Shown here: one piece after another, positions 63,297 through 64,000 of the stretch | Numbering within the stretch: position 1 is the first letter of the stretch | How the letters are laid out: every line of letters begins with the position of its first letter | Assembly: GCF_030684315.1 (NCBI RefSeq) | Contig: NC_081369.1 | Location: forward strand, 28,045,754-28,109,753 | Direction: 5' to 3' | From: Stegostoma tigrinum | Taxonomy: Eukaryota | Length of the DNA stretch: 64,000 nt | Position numbers and translations under genes: made by a program | Notes under the pieces: model-generated | The model's database searches: none | Told to the model about the DNA's origin: nothing | What the model saw: only the letters and a program-made list of their open reading frames with translations

Positions 63297-64000
63297 GGAG
63301 CACAACTTAACACATCAGAATGCACACTGCTTTAGAGAGGAGTTTGTATATCCGACAAAACATTGTTTGAAAAGCACCGGAAGTCCAAGATATTGTACTG
63401 AATGAATACAACGAACACCTTGAATATTCTCAGACTGAGTTGTGAACTGTAGTATTTTAGAAAGATCCCATTGTCAGTTAAAGTTCCTTTTGAAGGTGTA
63501 TGCCCAATGTCATGTATAAGGACCATTTTTTTGTAACTTTTAAATGTCGCCATAAATGGTTTTGGAAGGGTTGGGAAAACCTTGATAAATGTATCTTTCA
63601 CAGTGGTTGTTTCATTTGTTAGATGCTTGTTAAAACATTTCTCCATTCTGTTTTATGAGAACTTTTTAAAGATTTTATTGTATGGTGATACCTTTTTATG
63701 GAGTCTCAAAGCACTCTGACATGCGCACCTTTGTGTTGCTGAAAGCAAGTTGAGTAAAATCGCCGTACAGTATTATCTTGGCCAGATTTGTACAACTGTT
63801 CACTTAACTGCTTTTTTTGTACTGAGCATTGTAACAGTGCTGCATTGATTTGATGACAAACAATATGTTCAGTATATCCCAATTAAAGTAATTAAATTTC
63901 TTTTAGTGTATTGATATACACCTGTTAAATGAAGTTTCTAATGATTTTGCAGGAGGAGGGAGAAAATTCCACAATCACTTCAGAAGTTAGTTCTCAGTGT

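Noticed and set aside
1-64000. Prokaryotic systems (operons, CRISPR, defence islands)
   Set aside because: Spliced vertebrate genes and LINE/SINE content; no long ORFs and no repeat-spacer array

Overview
This is eukaryotic, repeat-rich genomic DNA, almost certainly from a cartilaginous fish: it carries HE1-type V-SINEs, HER1/CR1 LINEs and Deu-domain SINEs. It is not prokaryotic, so most entries in the ORF track are spurious or transposon-derived. Three spliced genes can be reconstructed by hand. (1) HEATR3 on the minus strand: coding exons 1-5 lie at 14604 to 4997 and the gene continues off the left end. (2) A complete CNEP1R1 on the minus strand: 6 exons, 38663 to 26397, 125 aa, with a clear U12-type intron 4. 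(3) A complete NCOA5-like gene on the plus strand: 10 coding exons, 42108 to 63296, about 388 aa, sharing a bidirectional CpG-island promoter with CNEP1R1. It looks like a second vertebrate NCOA5 paralogue rather than the NCOA5 orthologue. Introns and intergenic DNA are filled with often nested CR1, L2, Tx1, Rex1 and RTE LINE remnants, SINEs, and many short Penelope-derived elements carrying hammerhead-ribozyme-like cores. A 30/60-bp palindromic, telomere-like minisatellite lies directly upstream of HEATR3. Gene and repeat names come from recalled sequence similarity, not database searches. Exon coordinates were read from splice sites; repeat boundaries are approximate.
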